Part shown: one piece after another, positions 10,111-19,533 of the stretch | How positions within the stretch are numbered: the first letter of the stretch is position 1 | Layout of the letters: each line of letters begins with the position of its first letter | NCBI GenBank assembly: GCA_963677925.2 | Contig: CAXXYH010000003.1 | Span: 128,001-192,000 of the forward strand | Direction of reading: 5' to 3' | Source: Spirochaetia bacterium | GTDB taxonomy: Bacteria; Spirochaetota; Spirochaetia; UBA9216 | Length of the DNA stretch: 64,000 nucleotides | Made by a program: the position numbers and the translations under genes | The notes under the pieces: generated by a model | The model's input: the letters and a program-made list of their open reading frames with translations, nothing else | Database searches by the model: none | Told to the model about the DNA's origin: nothing

Positions 10111-11298
10111 ATGAATGTTTCTGCTTTTAACTGTGTAAACAATAAAAAATTAATCTTCAGTAAAGGTTCATTTTCAAAATTGCCGGAAGAAGCTGCATTC
10201 TTTGGAGATCAAGTCCTGCTGCTTACCGGTGGCAAATCTTTAAAGGCCGGAGGAAAACTGGATGAACTTCTTTCAGCTTTCGAAGCACAAAACGCCGAAA
10301 TTTCGGTTAATTCTATTATTGGAGAGCCCTCCCCGGCAATTATTGATGGAATAACAGCAGAATTCAGTAATAATATTCCCGATGTTATCTGTGCAGTTGG
10401 AGGCGGAAGCGTCATTGATTCTGCTAAGGCTGTAAGTGCTATGCTGTGTCAGCCTGGAAAAATAAGTGATTATCTTGAGGGTGTGGGAACCGAGAAACCG
10501 ACCGGAAGGAAAGTTCCTGTTATTGCGGTTCCAACTACTGCAGGCACAGGAAGTGAAGCCAGCTGCAACGCAGTAATCACCGATCTCGGACCTGAAGGCT
10601 ACAAAAAATCCCTGAGGCATTACAACTATATTCCGGATGTTGCACTCATTGATCCTGAATTATATATGAGCTGTCCTTCTACAGTTGCAGCTTCCAGCGG
10701 TATGGATGCTCTTTCCCAGCTAGTTGAATCATATATTTCAACCGGTTCAAACTTCTATACCGACATGCATGTTGCCGGTGCTATAAAATTGGCTCTTGAA
10801 GCCCTCCCAGTTATAACAGGCAGCAATGAATCCGAAGAAAAAAAATCGAAGGCATGGGAGAAGATTGCATATGCTTCATACATAAGCGGTTTTGCACTCC
10901 TGAATGCCGGACTTGCTCTTGTGCACGGTATAGCCGGACCTGCCGGCGGATTTTATGATATACCTCACGGTGTTATATGCGGGACACTTCTGGCGCCTGC
11001 TATGAAACATACTATTAACAAGCTTTCAAGGGTTGAACCTGAATCTCCTTACCTTCTGAAATTTTCAGCACTCGGTAATATTGCTTCCGGCAGTGATGAT
11101 ATGCTGCCCTCGGAATCACGAACCAGATTTATCAGAGTCCTTGAAGGCCTTACTGAAAGTCTCAATATACCCAGATTTTCTGATTACGGTCTGAAAACCG
11201 AAGATCTTAAAAAGATTGCCGCAGCTTCTGACAATAAGAAAAACCCTGTCAAACTTGATGAACAGGAAATCTTCGAAGTACTCAGCGAACGCTTATAA
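10111..11298 (+). CDS. Iron-containing alcohol dehydrogenase
   Basis: GGGSVID.AKA, PTTAGTGSE, D(AL)..LVE, HG.A and HG metal ligands. Confidence 0.92.
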   Translation: MNVSAFNCVNNKKLIFSKGSFSKLPEEAAFFGDQVLLLTGGKSLKAGGKLDELLSAFEAQNAEISVNSIIGEPSPAIIDGITAEFSNNIPDVICAVGGGSVIDSAKAVSAMLCQPGKISDYLEGVGTEKPTGRKVPVIAVPTTAGTGSEASCNAVITDLGPEGYKKSLRHYNYIPDVALIDPELYMSCPSTVAASSGMDALSQLVESYISTGSNFYTDMHVAGAIKLALEALPVITGSNESEEKKSKAWEKIAYASYISGFALLNAGLALVHGIAGPAGGFYDIPHGVICGTLLAPAMKHTINKLSRVEPESPYLLKFSALGNIASGSDDMLPSESRTRFIRVLEGLTESLNIPRFSDYGLKTEDLKKIAAASDNKKNPVKLDEQEIFEVLSERL

Positions 11299-11347
11299 TC
11301 ACTGACTGAGAATATTAAAAAAACAATCCTGTCTTATAATACTGCTC

Positions 11348-11376
11348 TTGCATTATGAGCATATGTTCAATATAAT
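11348..11376 (+). promoter_or_regulatory. Sigma70 promoter (TTGCAT-17-TATAAT) with palindromic operator TGAGCATATGTTCA in the spacer
   Basis: -35 at 11348-11353, -10 at 11371-11376, near-perfect palindrome at 11356-11369. Confidence 0.7.
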
Positions 11377-11407
11377 AACTCAATAAACTTAAATATTCGG
11401 AGATTAT

Positions 11408-11851
11408 ATGCCAAGACCGCAAAAAGAGCGGATAGTATCTGTACCGCCGGTGTTCAGTTCATTTAAACCTACGGGTGTGCAGAGACATAAACTGAACCTA
11501 GTAATTATGTCGCTTGATGAATATGAAGCAATAAGACTTGCTGATTTTCTAAAACATGATCATGAAAGTGCTGCTGAACTTATGGGAATTTCAAGACCGA
11601 CGTTCACAAGGCTTATTGATTCTGCAAGAGCTAAATCGGCCCGGCACTTTGTAGAAGGTGCGGAACTTCGGATTGAAGGCGGAAACATTCATTTCAAGGG
11701 AAATATCTATAAATGCAGGAACTGCGGTCATATTTTCCGTAAAGAACTAAGTGAAAATGAACAGGAATGTCCAGAGTGCAGCAGCCGCGAATTGACTGAT
11801 ATCGCTGAAAGCTTTGGTCACGGTAAGTGCTGCAGGGAGTTTAATTCATGA
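11408..11851 (+). CDS. DUF134 (UPF0251) HTH protein with C-terminal zinc ribbon
   Basis: MPRP.K.R, DEYEAIRLAD, AAELMGISRPTF, CRNC..CPEC. Confidence 0.9.
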   Translation: MPRPQKERIVSVPPVFSSFKPTGVQRHKLNLVIMSLDEYEAIRLADFLKHDHESAAELMGISRPTFTRLIDSARAKSARHFVEGAELRIEGGNIHFKGNIYKCRNCGHIFRKELSENEQECPECSSRELTDIAESFGHGKCCREFNS

Positions 11852-12714
11852 TTACTGCAGTAGCCAGTGGAAAGGGCGGAACAGGAAAAACCACATTATC
11901 TGTTAATCTTGCTGCATATCTTACATCCGAAATAAAATCGGAGAATCAGATAGTTCTTGCAGACCTTGATGTCGAAGAGCCGAATTCCGGACTGTTTATA
12001 GGCAGAGATTATACAGATAAAATTGAAAGATACAGGAAGGTCCCTTCCTGGGACAGGGAGAAATGCATACTTTGCGGAAAATGTGATGACTACTGCCGTT
12101 TTAATGCAATAATCAAAATGGGAAAAAGCATAGTCGTACTTCCTGAAGTATGCCATTCATGCCGAATGTGCACCGAACTCTGCCCGCAGAACGCCCTGCC
12201 GTTTAATAATCTGCATATAGGAACTACATCAATAAGCAGCAGTGATAACCTGATTTTTATTGAGAGCCGCCTTGATATTGGTCAGGAACAGGCAGTACCG
12301 CTGATAAAACAGACTTTGGATCATATTAATAAAAAATACGGCAGTTATGAACATATTCTTCTCGACTGCCCGCCCGGCACTTCATGTCCCATGATTGAAT
12401 CTGTTCATCATGCAGATTTTGTACTTCTTGTCACAGAACCGACACCATTCGGATTTCATGATCTGAAGCTTGCAATTGAGACCATGCAGATTATAGGAAA
12501 AGATTTTGCAGTTGTGATAAACCGTTACGGATCCGGTAATAATGAAGTTGAAGATTACTGTGAACAAAATAACATAGATATTGCCGCAAAATTTCCTGAC
12601 AGCCGAAAAGCAGCCGAGCTCTATTCTGAAGGAAAACTAATCTATGAAGAATTGCCGGAATTCAGGAGTGAGCTTGAGAAGCTGTCAAAGTATTTAGGAA
12701 GGCAAAAGAAATGA
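11848..12714 (+). CDS. MinD/ParA-superfamily P-loop ATPase with inserted 2x[4Fe-4S] ferredoxin domain
   Basis: SGKGGTGKT, DLDVEEPN, CILCGKC...C, CHSCRMC...CP, DCPPGTSCP, VTEPTPFG.HDL. Confidence 0.92.
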   Translation: MITAVASGKGGTGKTTLSVNLAAYLTSEIKSENQIVLADLDVEEPNSGLFIGRDYTDKIERYRKVPSWDREKCILCGKCDDYCRFNAIIKMGKSIVVLPEVCHSCRMCTELCPQNALPFNNLHIGTTSISSSDNLIFIESRLDIGQEQAVPLIKQTLDHINKKYGSYEHILLDCPPGTSCPMIESVHHADFVLLVTEPTPFGFHDLKLAIETMQIIGKDFAVVINRYGSGNNEVEDYCEQNNIDIAAKFPDSRKAAELYSEGKLIYEELPEFRSELEKLSKYLGRQKK

Positions 12715-13598
12715 AAGAAATTGTAGTTTTATCTGGCAAGGGAGGCACAGGAAAAACATCTATTACAGCATCATTGGCGGTTAAGTTCGGCAGTGATGCT
12801 GTAGTATGTGACTGCGATGTAGATGCTGATGACATGCATATCCTGCTTGAACCCGATTACTCAGGCAGGGAGGATTTTTACATCGGAAACGAAGCTTATA
12901 TAGATTCCTCAAATTGTATTTCATGCGGTAAATGTATTGAGTCCTGTGCATTTGGAGCTATTTCTGTTAAAAAGGGAAAATTCGAAGTTAATTCGGTTTC
13001 ATGCGAAGGCTGCGGCTACTGCTTTGAAATATGTCCGGCAGGGGCAGTCAGTCTTTCACCTAAACATTCAGGTGAAAGCTATACGTCTGGCATTCGTACA
13101 GGAACCACAATGGTGCATGCCAGGCTTAAACCCGGCTCGGACAACTCGGGGAAGCTTGTTGCTCATGCTAAAAAAACTGCTCGTCAAATAGCAGAAAGAG
13201 ACAGCAAGCAAATTATTATTGTTGACGGCTCACCCGGTATAGGCTGTCCGGTAATTTCATCGATAAGCGGAGCAGATTTAATTGTCTTCGTTACCGAGCC
13301 CACCAAGTCAGGACTTCATGATCTTAAAAGGGTTTTTGAACTTTCACGGAAATTCGGTATTAAATCATGTCTGATTATTAATAAGGCAGATCTGAACAAT
13401 TCCAATACTGTTGAAATCAGAGTCTTCGCAGAGCAAAGCGGTCTTCCACTGCTTGCTGAATTACCATACAGCAGAGTATTTACCGAAATGATGCTTGAAG
13501 GGAAAACAGCAGCTGAAACTTCGGATGATTCAATACACAAAATAATTTGTGATATTCATAAAGAAATTAAAGTTATAATTAAGGAGAACAATAAATGA
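12711..13598 (+). CDS. Second MinD-superfamily P-loop ATPase with 4Fe-4S domain
   Basis: SGKGGTGKT, DCDVDA, CISCGKC...C, CEGCGYC...CP, DGSPGIGCPV, TEPT.SG.HDL. Confidence 0.92.
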   Translation: MKEIVVLSGKGGTGKTSITASLAVKFGSDAVVCDCDVDADDMHILLEPDYSGREDFYIGNEAYIDSSNCISCGKCIESCAFGAISVKKGKFEVNSVSCEGCGYCFEICPAGAVSLSPKHSGESYTSGIRTGTTMVHARLKPGSDNSGKLVAHAKKTARQIAERDSKQIIIVDGSPGIGCPVISSISGADLIVFVTEPTKSGLHDLKRVFELSRKFGIKSCLIINKADLNNSNTVEIRVFAEQSGLPLLAELPYSRVFTEMMLEGKTAAETSDDSIHKIICDIHKEIKVIIKENNK

Positions 13599-13939
13599 AA
13601 ATAGCATTTACGACAAAGGGAACAGATCTGGATTCACAGATTGATGCAAGATTCGGCAGAACTGACTATCTGCTCTGCCTTGATGAAGAAGATAATTCAA
13701 TCAGCCTGGTAGACAATACTGATGTACAGAATGAGGCACATGGTGCAGGTCCGAGAACTACAAAAAGACTGTTTGATACAGGTTCAGAAATACTGATAAC
13801 AGGCAACGGGCCGGGAGGAAATGCCGCTGAAGTTCTGAAGAGTTCCGGGATTAAAATATATGTCGGAGCAGAAGGTCTAAGTGTAAAAGATGCGCTTGAA
13901 AAATATAAAAGCGGTGAACTTAAAGAATTTGCACTTTAA
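13595..13939 (+). CDS. NifB/NifX-family (dinitrogenase FeMo-cofactor-binding-like) protein
   Basis: MKIAF, RFGR..Y, HGAG and ITGN.G..A..L motifs. Confidence 0.88.
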   Translation: MKIAFTTKGTDLDSQIDARFGRTDYLLCLDEEDNSISLVDNTDVQNEAHGAGPRTTKRLFDTGSEILITGNGPGGNAAEVLKSSGIKIYVGAEGLSVKDALEKYKSGELKEFAL

Positions 13940-13964
13940 GCTTCAGAAAAAAGATGTTCAGTGC

Positions 13965-14855
13965 TTAGAGGCTGAACATCTTTCTGAGTTCCTGTTTGGA
14001 AAACTCGTATACGGTATTGCAGTTATGACAGGTGGTTTTTAATGGAAATGGACCATTATCTGCCAGATCTGTCCTGTCATTTTCCGGAAGCCCCTTCAGA
14101 TAGGTCTCAAAAAGCTCCCTGTTGCAGCTGCATGAAAAGTTTATCGACCTTTCGGAAATAACATCCGGTTGAAAAATCTTAAAATTATTAAAAACAATCT
14201 CGGATAATTCTGTACCCTCTGCAATACTATCTCCGATAGAATCCATATCTACCAAAGCATTTTCAATCTCTGCTGTTCTCTCATCACCGCCTTTTAAAAT
14301 CTCAGAATCAGGAAGTCGTTGAATAAACATTCCTCCGGCACCTTTTATTGAGCCGTCTTTATTGAATTTAACACTCAAATTAAATGCAGTAGGAGTATTC
14401 TCAGAGGTTGTATAATACCCGGCCAGATCTTTTGCGATGCTTCCGTATTCAATCATAACCTGTCCGGTAAATGACTGCCTGCTGCCTTCCGGGAATTTTA
14501 TAATAGAGAGAAACCCAGGACCGAATAAATCTGACAGATCCAAACTCTCAGGAATTTTCGAAAGCGGTATAGGGTTATTCATTAAATAACCCCTGACATT
14601 ACCTTCAGCAGTGGTTTCTACACTTATTCCCTTAATTGGCCCCTGACATTCGAAGCGGATTATCATCCGGTCTTTGCCTTTAAGCATCGATGATAACAGT
14701 CCGGCAGCCGTGTATGTTTCACCTAAAGCAAAGGTTTCAAGTACGCCTGTTTCATGTTTTTCCTGCATCAATCTCAGCATTTCCGTAGAATCAATTATTG
14801 CGCCTCTATATCTTCCGTTATCAAGAAGAAAAATCAGCATATTGTCCTGTGACAT
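13965..14855 (-). CDS. hslO: Hsp33 redox-regulated chaperone
   Basis: GNVRGY, GAGGM.IQ.LP, C-terminal CSC...CHNC zinc centre. Start placed at ATG 14855. Confidence 0.9.
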   Translation of the reverse strand: MSQDNMLIFLLDNGRYRGAIIDSTEMLRLMQEKHETGVLETFALGETYTAAGLLSSMLKGKDRMIIRFECQGPIKGISVETTAEGNVRGYLMNNPIPLSKIPESLDLSDLFGPGFLSIIKFPEGSRQSFTGQVMIEYGSIAKDLAGYYTTSENTPTAFNLSVKFNKDGSIKGAGGMFIQRLPDSEILKGGDERTAEIENALVDMDSIGDSIAEGTELSEIVFNNFKIFQPDVISERSINFSCSCNRELFETYLKGLPENDRTDLADNGPFPLKTTCHNCNTVYEFSKQELRKMFSL

Positions 14856-14856
14856 C

Positions 14857-15426
14857 TTAACTCCATTTATCAATAGTTTCGCCGCTGTAATTATCCAGCA
14901 GTTTAAATAACTCTTCAGGCTCATCAGAAATAATAAGTCTGTTTCTGTGAACCGGCTTTATAAATCCTTCGCTTACTGCATGATCAAGAAAACCTGTAAA
15001 ACGGTCAAAAAATCTATTAATATTATAAAGCGAAACCGGTTTATTATGGTAACCGAGCTGCTGCCAGGTATAGACTTCCGACAATTCTTCTATAGTGCCT
15101 ATACCGCCTGGAAGTGCTATAAAACCGTCCGCAAGCTCATACATTGTTTTCTTACGTTCATGCATGTCTTTTGTAACTATATTTCTGGTCAGATTTATAT
15201 GTTCCACCTTTCCGCTTATCAGTTCTGGAATAACCCCGGTGACCGTTCCGCCGTTCTTCATGACAGCTTCAGCCAACACTCCCATAAGCCCGACGGCACC
15301 GCCTCCATATACAAGGTTAATGCTTTTTACAGCTAATAATCTTCCAAGTGCTTCTGTTTTCTCTCTATATATCTTGTTGTTTCCGAAACTTGATCCGCAG
15401 AATACGCAGATGCTTTTTACTGACAT
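14857..15426 (-). CDS. LOG-family nucleotide phosphoribohydrolase (TIGR00730)
   Basis: VFCGSS, VYGGG..GLMG, MHERK, PGGIGTIEE. Start placed at ATG 15426. Confidence 0.93.
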   Translation of the reverse strand: MSVKSICVFCGSSFGNNKIYREKTEALGRLLAVKSINLVYGGGAVGLMGVLAEAVMKNGGTVTGVIPELISGKVEHINLTRNIVTKDMHERKKTMYELADGFIALPGGIGTIEELSEVYTWQQLGYHNKPVSLYNINRFFDRFTGFLDHAVSEGFIKPVHRNRLIISDEPEELFKLLDNYSGETIDKWS

Positions 15427-15517
15427 AATAAAACCCCAACACAATATACTAATCACTTAGCTTGTGGTAAATAGGAAATATCATTATTATTGAGCACAAA
15501 AGATATGTGAGGTTGCC

Positions 15518-16192
15518 TTGAATAGATACAATTGTCTGATATTTGATCATGATGATACTTCAGTTAAAAGCACTGCTGAGATTCACTATCCGGCCCATGT
15601 TGAAACTATAAGGATTATGCGTCCCGAACTGACCCCCGTAGATTTAAATACCTGGCTTTTAAAAAACTATGATCCCGGAGTTATTCAATACTTTGTAAAT
15701 GAACTTGGATTTTCAGATGAAGAAATGAAGCAGGAATATGACATATGGAGAAGTTTTAATGAAGACTCCAACCCCCACTTCTTTAAGGGTATTCTTGATA
15801 TAATGAAAATCTTCCAGTCTCGGGGCGGTAAGATTATTGTTGTTTCACACTCGGAAGCTGATGTAATAAAAAGGCATTATAAAACCCGAGGCGACGGCTT
15901 TATGCCTGATATGATATTCGGATGGGATTATGATGAGAGTAAAAGAAAACCCAGTGTCTGGCCGGTGGATCAGATAATAGATGAATACGGTTTTAAACGG
16001 AATGAAATTCTAATGATTGACGACCTAAAACCGGGAGTCACTATGGCCAGAAATTCAGGTATTGACATTGCCGGTGCCGGATGGGGACATGCAATTCCTG
16101 AAATTGAAAATGATATGAAAGCTTCATGTGATTATTATTTTCATTCTGTAACACAACTTGCTGATCTTCTGGAGATAGAATTATGCATTTAA
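15518..16192 (+). CDS. HAD-superfamily hydrolase
   Basis: FDHDDT motif I, VSHS, KP, MIDDLKPG. Confidence 0.85.
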   Translation: MNRYNCLIFDHDDTSVKSTAEIHYPAHVETIRIMRPELTPVDLNTWLLKNYDPGVIQYFVNELGFSDEEMKQEYDIWRSFNEDSNPHFFKGILDIMKIFQSRGGKIIVVSHSEADVIKRHYKTRGDGFMPDMIFGWDYDESKRKPSVWPVDQIIDEYGFKRNEILMIDDLKPGVTMARNSGIDIAGAGWGHAIPEIENDMKASCDYYFHSVTQLADLLEIELCI

Positions 16193-16749
16193 CAACGGTT
16201 TTTGCAATTGCTGTCAGTCTGGCCATGGATGCCTTTGCAGTATCAATAACATGCGGATGTTCAAATCCCGGGCTTAAATGGTCCAAATCTCTTATAGTCG
16301 CCGGAGCGTTCGGATTTTTCCAGTTCCTCATGCCGATAATCGGCTGGTTTGCAGGAAATATACTCAGCCTTTTCATGGCTGTCGTTACAAGGTGGATTTC
16401 CTTTGGACTGCTGGGCTTTGTCGGCGTCAAAATGATGTTTGAGAGTATTAAATCAGAAGAAGGCTGCCGTGATCCTGATGATTATTTTAATTTCAGAATA
16501 CTTCTCATGCTCTCGGTAGCAACAAGCATAGATGCTATGGCTGCCGGAATGTCATATTCCAGTATGGGATATGGTATTATTTTTCCGGCTTTGATAACCG
16601 GCGTAGTAACCCTGTTAATCTCAACATTCGGAGCCCATGCCGGCAAACGGATCGGACTCTCGCTTGGACAGCATGCAGAAACTGCAGGCGGCGGAGTACT
16701 TGTACTGATAGCGGTTATTATGCTTTTAAGAAACCTGGGAGTGTTTTAA
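16183..16749 (+). CDS. mntP: Manganese efflux pump MntP
   Basis: SLAMDAFAVS, FGFFQ.LMP.IGW, ATSIDA.AAG; DUF204 repeats. Confidence 0.88.
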   Translation: MHLTTVFAIAVSLAMDAFAVSITCGCSNPGLKWSKSLIVAGAFGFFQFLMPIIGWFAGNILSLFMAVVTRWISFGLLGFVGVKMMFESIKSEEGCRDPDDYFNFRILLMLSVATSIDAMAAGMSYSSMGYGIIFPALITGVVTLLISTFGAHAGKRIGLSLGQHAETAGGGVLVLIAVIMLLRNLGVF

Positions 16750-16750
16750 G

Positions 16751-18298
16751 CTATTCCCACTCGATTGTTGCGGGCGGTTTTGATGAAATATCATAAACCA
16801 CCCTCCCGATACCCGGTATAGAGTTTGTTATTAGAGATGATATTTCAAGCAGGTCTTTGGTTTCAAATGGATATACATCAGCGGTCATTCCGTCGCTGCT
16901 GTTGATTGCCCGCAGTGCAAGAACATTACCGTATTTTCTGACATCGCCTGCAACCCCTACCGATTTAACCGGCAGCAGAACGGCAAATGCCTGCCAGATT
17001 TTATCATATAAACCGCGCTTTTTAAGTTCACTGATAAATATATAATCTGCTTCACGAAGCAGCTCGCATTTTTCAAAGGTAATATCACTTAGTATTCTTA
17101 CAGCAAGGCCCGGTCCCGGGAAGGGATGCCTTCGGATAATTTCTTCGCTTATTCCAACCTTGCGTCCGAGTTCACGAACTTCGTCCTTATACAATTTCCC
17201 GAGAGGTTCAATTATCAGCCCTGCTTCCCTTTTTGCTTCAACAAGAGGTGAGCGGACATTGTGATGTGATTTAATTACATGGGCTTTCTTGCCGACGCCC
17301 TTGCCCGATTCAATAAGATCGGTGTACAAAGTTCCCTGCGCGAGCATATAGTCTCCGCTGAGTCTTTTTCTAATCTCATCTTCCTGGACTTTGATAAAAA
17401 GGTCGCCGATAATTTCACGCTTTTTCTCAGGTTCGCTTACACCCTTAAGAGCTGTAAGAAAACGCTCCGAAGCATCAATAAGATAGAGATTTTCAGCACC
17501 CAGTTTCTTAAGTCCCTGCTCTACCTCTGCTGATTCATTCTTGCGCATCATACCGGTATCAATGTACATAAGATGTACTTTTGAAGGATTTAGAGCTTTA
17601 AGCAGCAGTCCCCCCACTACCGTGGAATCAACACCGCCGGAAATGAGAAGAAGGACATCATGTTCACCAACACGGCGCTGAACTTCCTCAATTTCCTGGT
17701 GAAGGTAGGCGTCCATATTCCATCCAGTCTCTGCTCCGCAAATTCCTGTAACGAAGTTTTTAAGAACATCAATACCCCGCTCACAATGGGTTACCTCAGG
17801 ATGGAACTGAATTCCGTAGGCATTTATTTTACTGTTATATCCGCAGGCGATATGATGCTCGGATTCAGCAATCAGCTCAAACCCGTCTCCGAGTTGTTCT
17901 ATACTGTCGCCGTGACTCATCCAGGATGTGAATCCGTCATTTATGCCCGCGAAAAGCTGTGATTCTTTTTTATAGGAGATATTGGATCTTCCGTATTCCC
18001 GTTTTTCGAGGGCTTCAACCTTTCCCCCGAAGTCGGCTGTCATTCTCTGAAAGCCGTAGCAGATTCCAAGCATCGGAAGACCTGTTTCATATATAGAAGA
18101 ATGAGGCTTTGGTGCATCCTGTTCATAAACTGAGGAAGGTGAACCGGACATTATAATGCCCCTTACATCCTTCAACAGTTCAGGAGTACATTCAGTTTCC
18201 GCTGTAACTATATCGGTGTACACACCGAAATCGCGTATTCTTCTTGCTATGAGCTGTGTAGTCTGACTGCCGAAATCAAAAACGAGAATTTTATCCAT
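16751..18298 (-). CDS. guaA: GMP synthase (glutamine-hydrolysing)
   Basis: DFGSQ, GICYG, QFHPEV, SGGVDS, HPFPGPGL, KPPATIEWE. Confidence 0.97.
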   Translation of the reverse strand: MDKILVFDFGSQTTQLIARRIRDFGVYTDIVTAETECTPELLKDVRGIIMSGSPSSVYEQDAPKPHSSIYETGLPMLGICYGFQRMTADFGGKVEALEKREYGRSNISYKKESQLFAGINDGFTSWMSHGDSIEQLGDGFELIAESEHHIACGYNSKINAYGIQFHPEVTHCERGIDVLKNFVTGICGAETGWNMDAYLHQEIEEVQRRVGEHDVLLLISGGVDSTVVGGLLLKALNPSKVHLMYIDTGMMRKNESAEVEQGLKKLGAENLYLIDASERFLTALKGVSEPEKKREIIGDLFIKVQEDEIRKRLSGDYMLAQGTLYTDLIESGKGVGKKAHVIKSHHNVRSPLVEAKREAGLIIEPLGKLYKDEVRELGRKVGISEEIIRRHPFPGPGLAVRILSDITFEKCELLREADYIFISELKKRGLYDKIWQAFAVLLPVKSVGVAGDVRKYGNVLALRAINSSDGMTADVYPFETKDLLEISSLITNSIPGIGRVVYDISSKPPATIEWE

Positions 18299-19522
18299 CT
18301 ATTTCCAGAAATCCTTTCTTAAGATTGTTTCTTCCCTTTTATAACCTATTGAAACAATATCTACTGAAGTTTCAGTGTACTTTTCAATAAACTCAATGTA
18401 TTCAACGGCTTCTTTCGGAAGTTCATCAAAAGACCTGCAGTCTTTTAGGCTTTTTTTCCAGCCTTTGAATTTCCTGGTTACAGGAACAGCTTTTTCAAGA
18501 ACTGTTATATCTGTCGGGAAGTTTTCAATAAGCTCACCGTCGCATTCATAAGCTATACAGACTTTAAGCTCATCTATTTCGTCGTAAACATCAAGGTGTG
18601 TAAGAACAAGTGAATCAAGCGAGTTAACCCTGCATGAATATTTTAGAGCAGGCAGATCAAGGTATCCGCAGCGTCTGGGACGTCCGGTTGTTACACCGTA
18701 TTCACGGCCGGTTTCCCGTATGTAGTTTTCAAGATCGCCGTCGCGGCCTTCTTTAAACTCACTTGGGAAAGGACCATTTCCTACTCTTGTTGAGTAAGCC
18801 TTGAATACGCCCATTACTCCATGAATATTACGCGGGCCGATTCCCCCGCCCATAGCGGCACCGGCAGCCTGTGAGTAGCCAGAAGATACAAAGGGATATG
18901 TCCCGACGTCCAGGTCAAGAAGTACACCCTGTGCTCCTTCGAACAGAACTCTTTTGTCTTTGCTGTCTGCCATAAAGCTGCAGAGATCAATTACCATTTC
19001 TTTGATACGATCTTTGTACTGGGAAAGATAATCGGTATCTGCCTTGCTAAGGCGTCCGTAAATATCATCGTTAAACAGATCCGCAATTCTCACACCGTCC
19101 CGGTGTGCTTTGTGAGCATAAGTAACACCCATTCCGCGGCCTGTTGTTCCGATGGGTTTGATTCGTTTTTTATCGAGGTCTATATCTTCTTCCTTATATC
19201 TAGGAAGAACAATATGTGCACGATCAGAAATAAGAACTCTTCCCTTCCAGTCAATTCCCTGACTGCTTAGGGTTTCCAGCTCCTCAAACATTGAAGTAAG
19301 GTCGATAGCCATTCCGGTACCAAGTACAACAGTTTTATCTCCGTAAATAATACCGGAAGGAATCAGGTGAAGCTTGTAAGTCGTATCACCTGCAACAATA
19401 GTATGTCCAGCATTGGCGCCGCCGGAATATCGTACTACGAGATCCGCCTCACTAGCGAGATAATCAACAATTTTACCCTTGCCCTCATCACCCCACTGAG
19501 CGCCGACAACTACAAGATTCAT
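18299..19522 (-). CDS. purA: Adenylosuccinate synthetase
   Basis: GAQWGDEGKGK, GGANAGHT, IGTTGRG, EYGVTTGRPRRCG. Confidence 0.97.
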   Translation of the reverse strand: MNLVVVGAQWGDEGKGKIVDYLASEADLVVRYSGGANAGHTIVAGDTTYKLHLIPSGIIYGDKTVVLGTGMAIDLTSMFEELETLSSQGIDWKGRVLISDRAHIVLPRYKEEDIDLDKKRIKPIGTTGRGMGVTYAHKAHRDGVRIADLFNDDIYGRLSKADTDYLSQYKDRIKEMVIDLCSFMADSKDKRVLFEGAQGVLLDLDVGTYPFVSSGYSQAAGAAMGGGIGPRNIHGVMGVFKAYSTRVGNGPFPSEFKEGRDGDLENYIRETGREYGVTTGRPRRCGYLDLPALKYSCRVNSLDSLVLTHLDVYDEIDELKVCIAYECDGELIENFPTDITVLEKAVPVTRKFKGWKKSLKDCRSFDELPKEAVEYIEFIEKYTETSVDIVSIGYKREETILRKDFWK

Positions 19523-19533
19523 AAAAATTCCCC

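Noticed and set aside
13595-13939. Nitrogen-fixation gene cluster
   Set aside because: Only a NifX-like domain is present, with no nifHDK/ENB. This family is common in non-diazotrophs.
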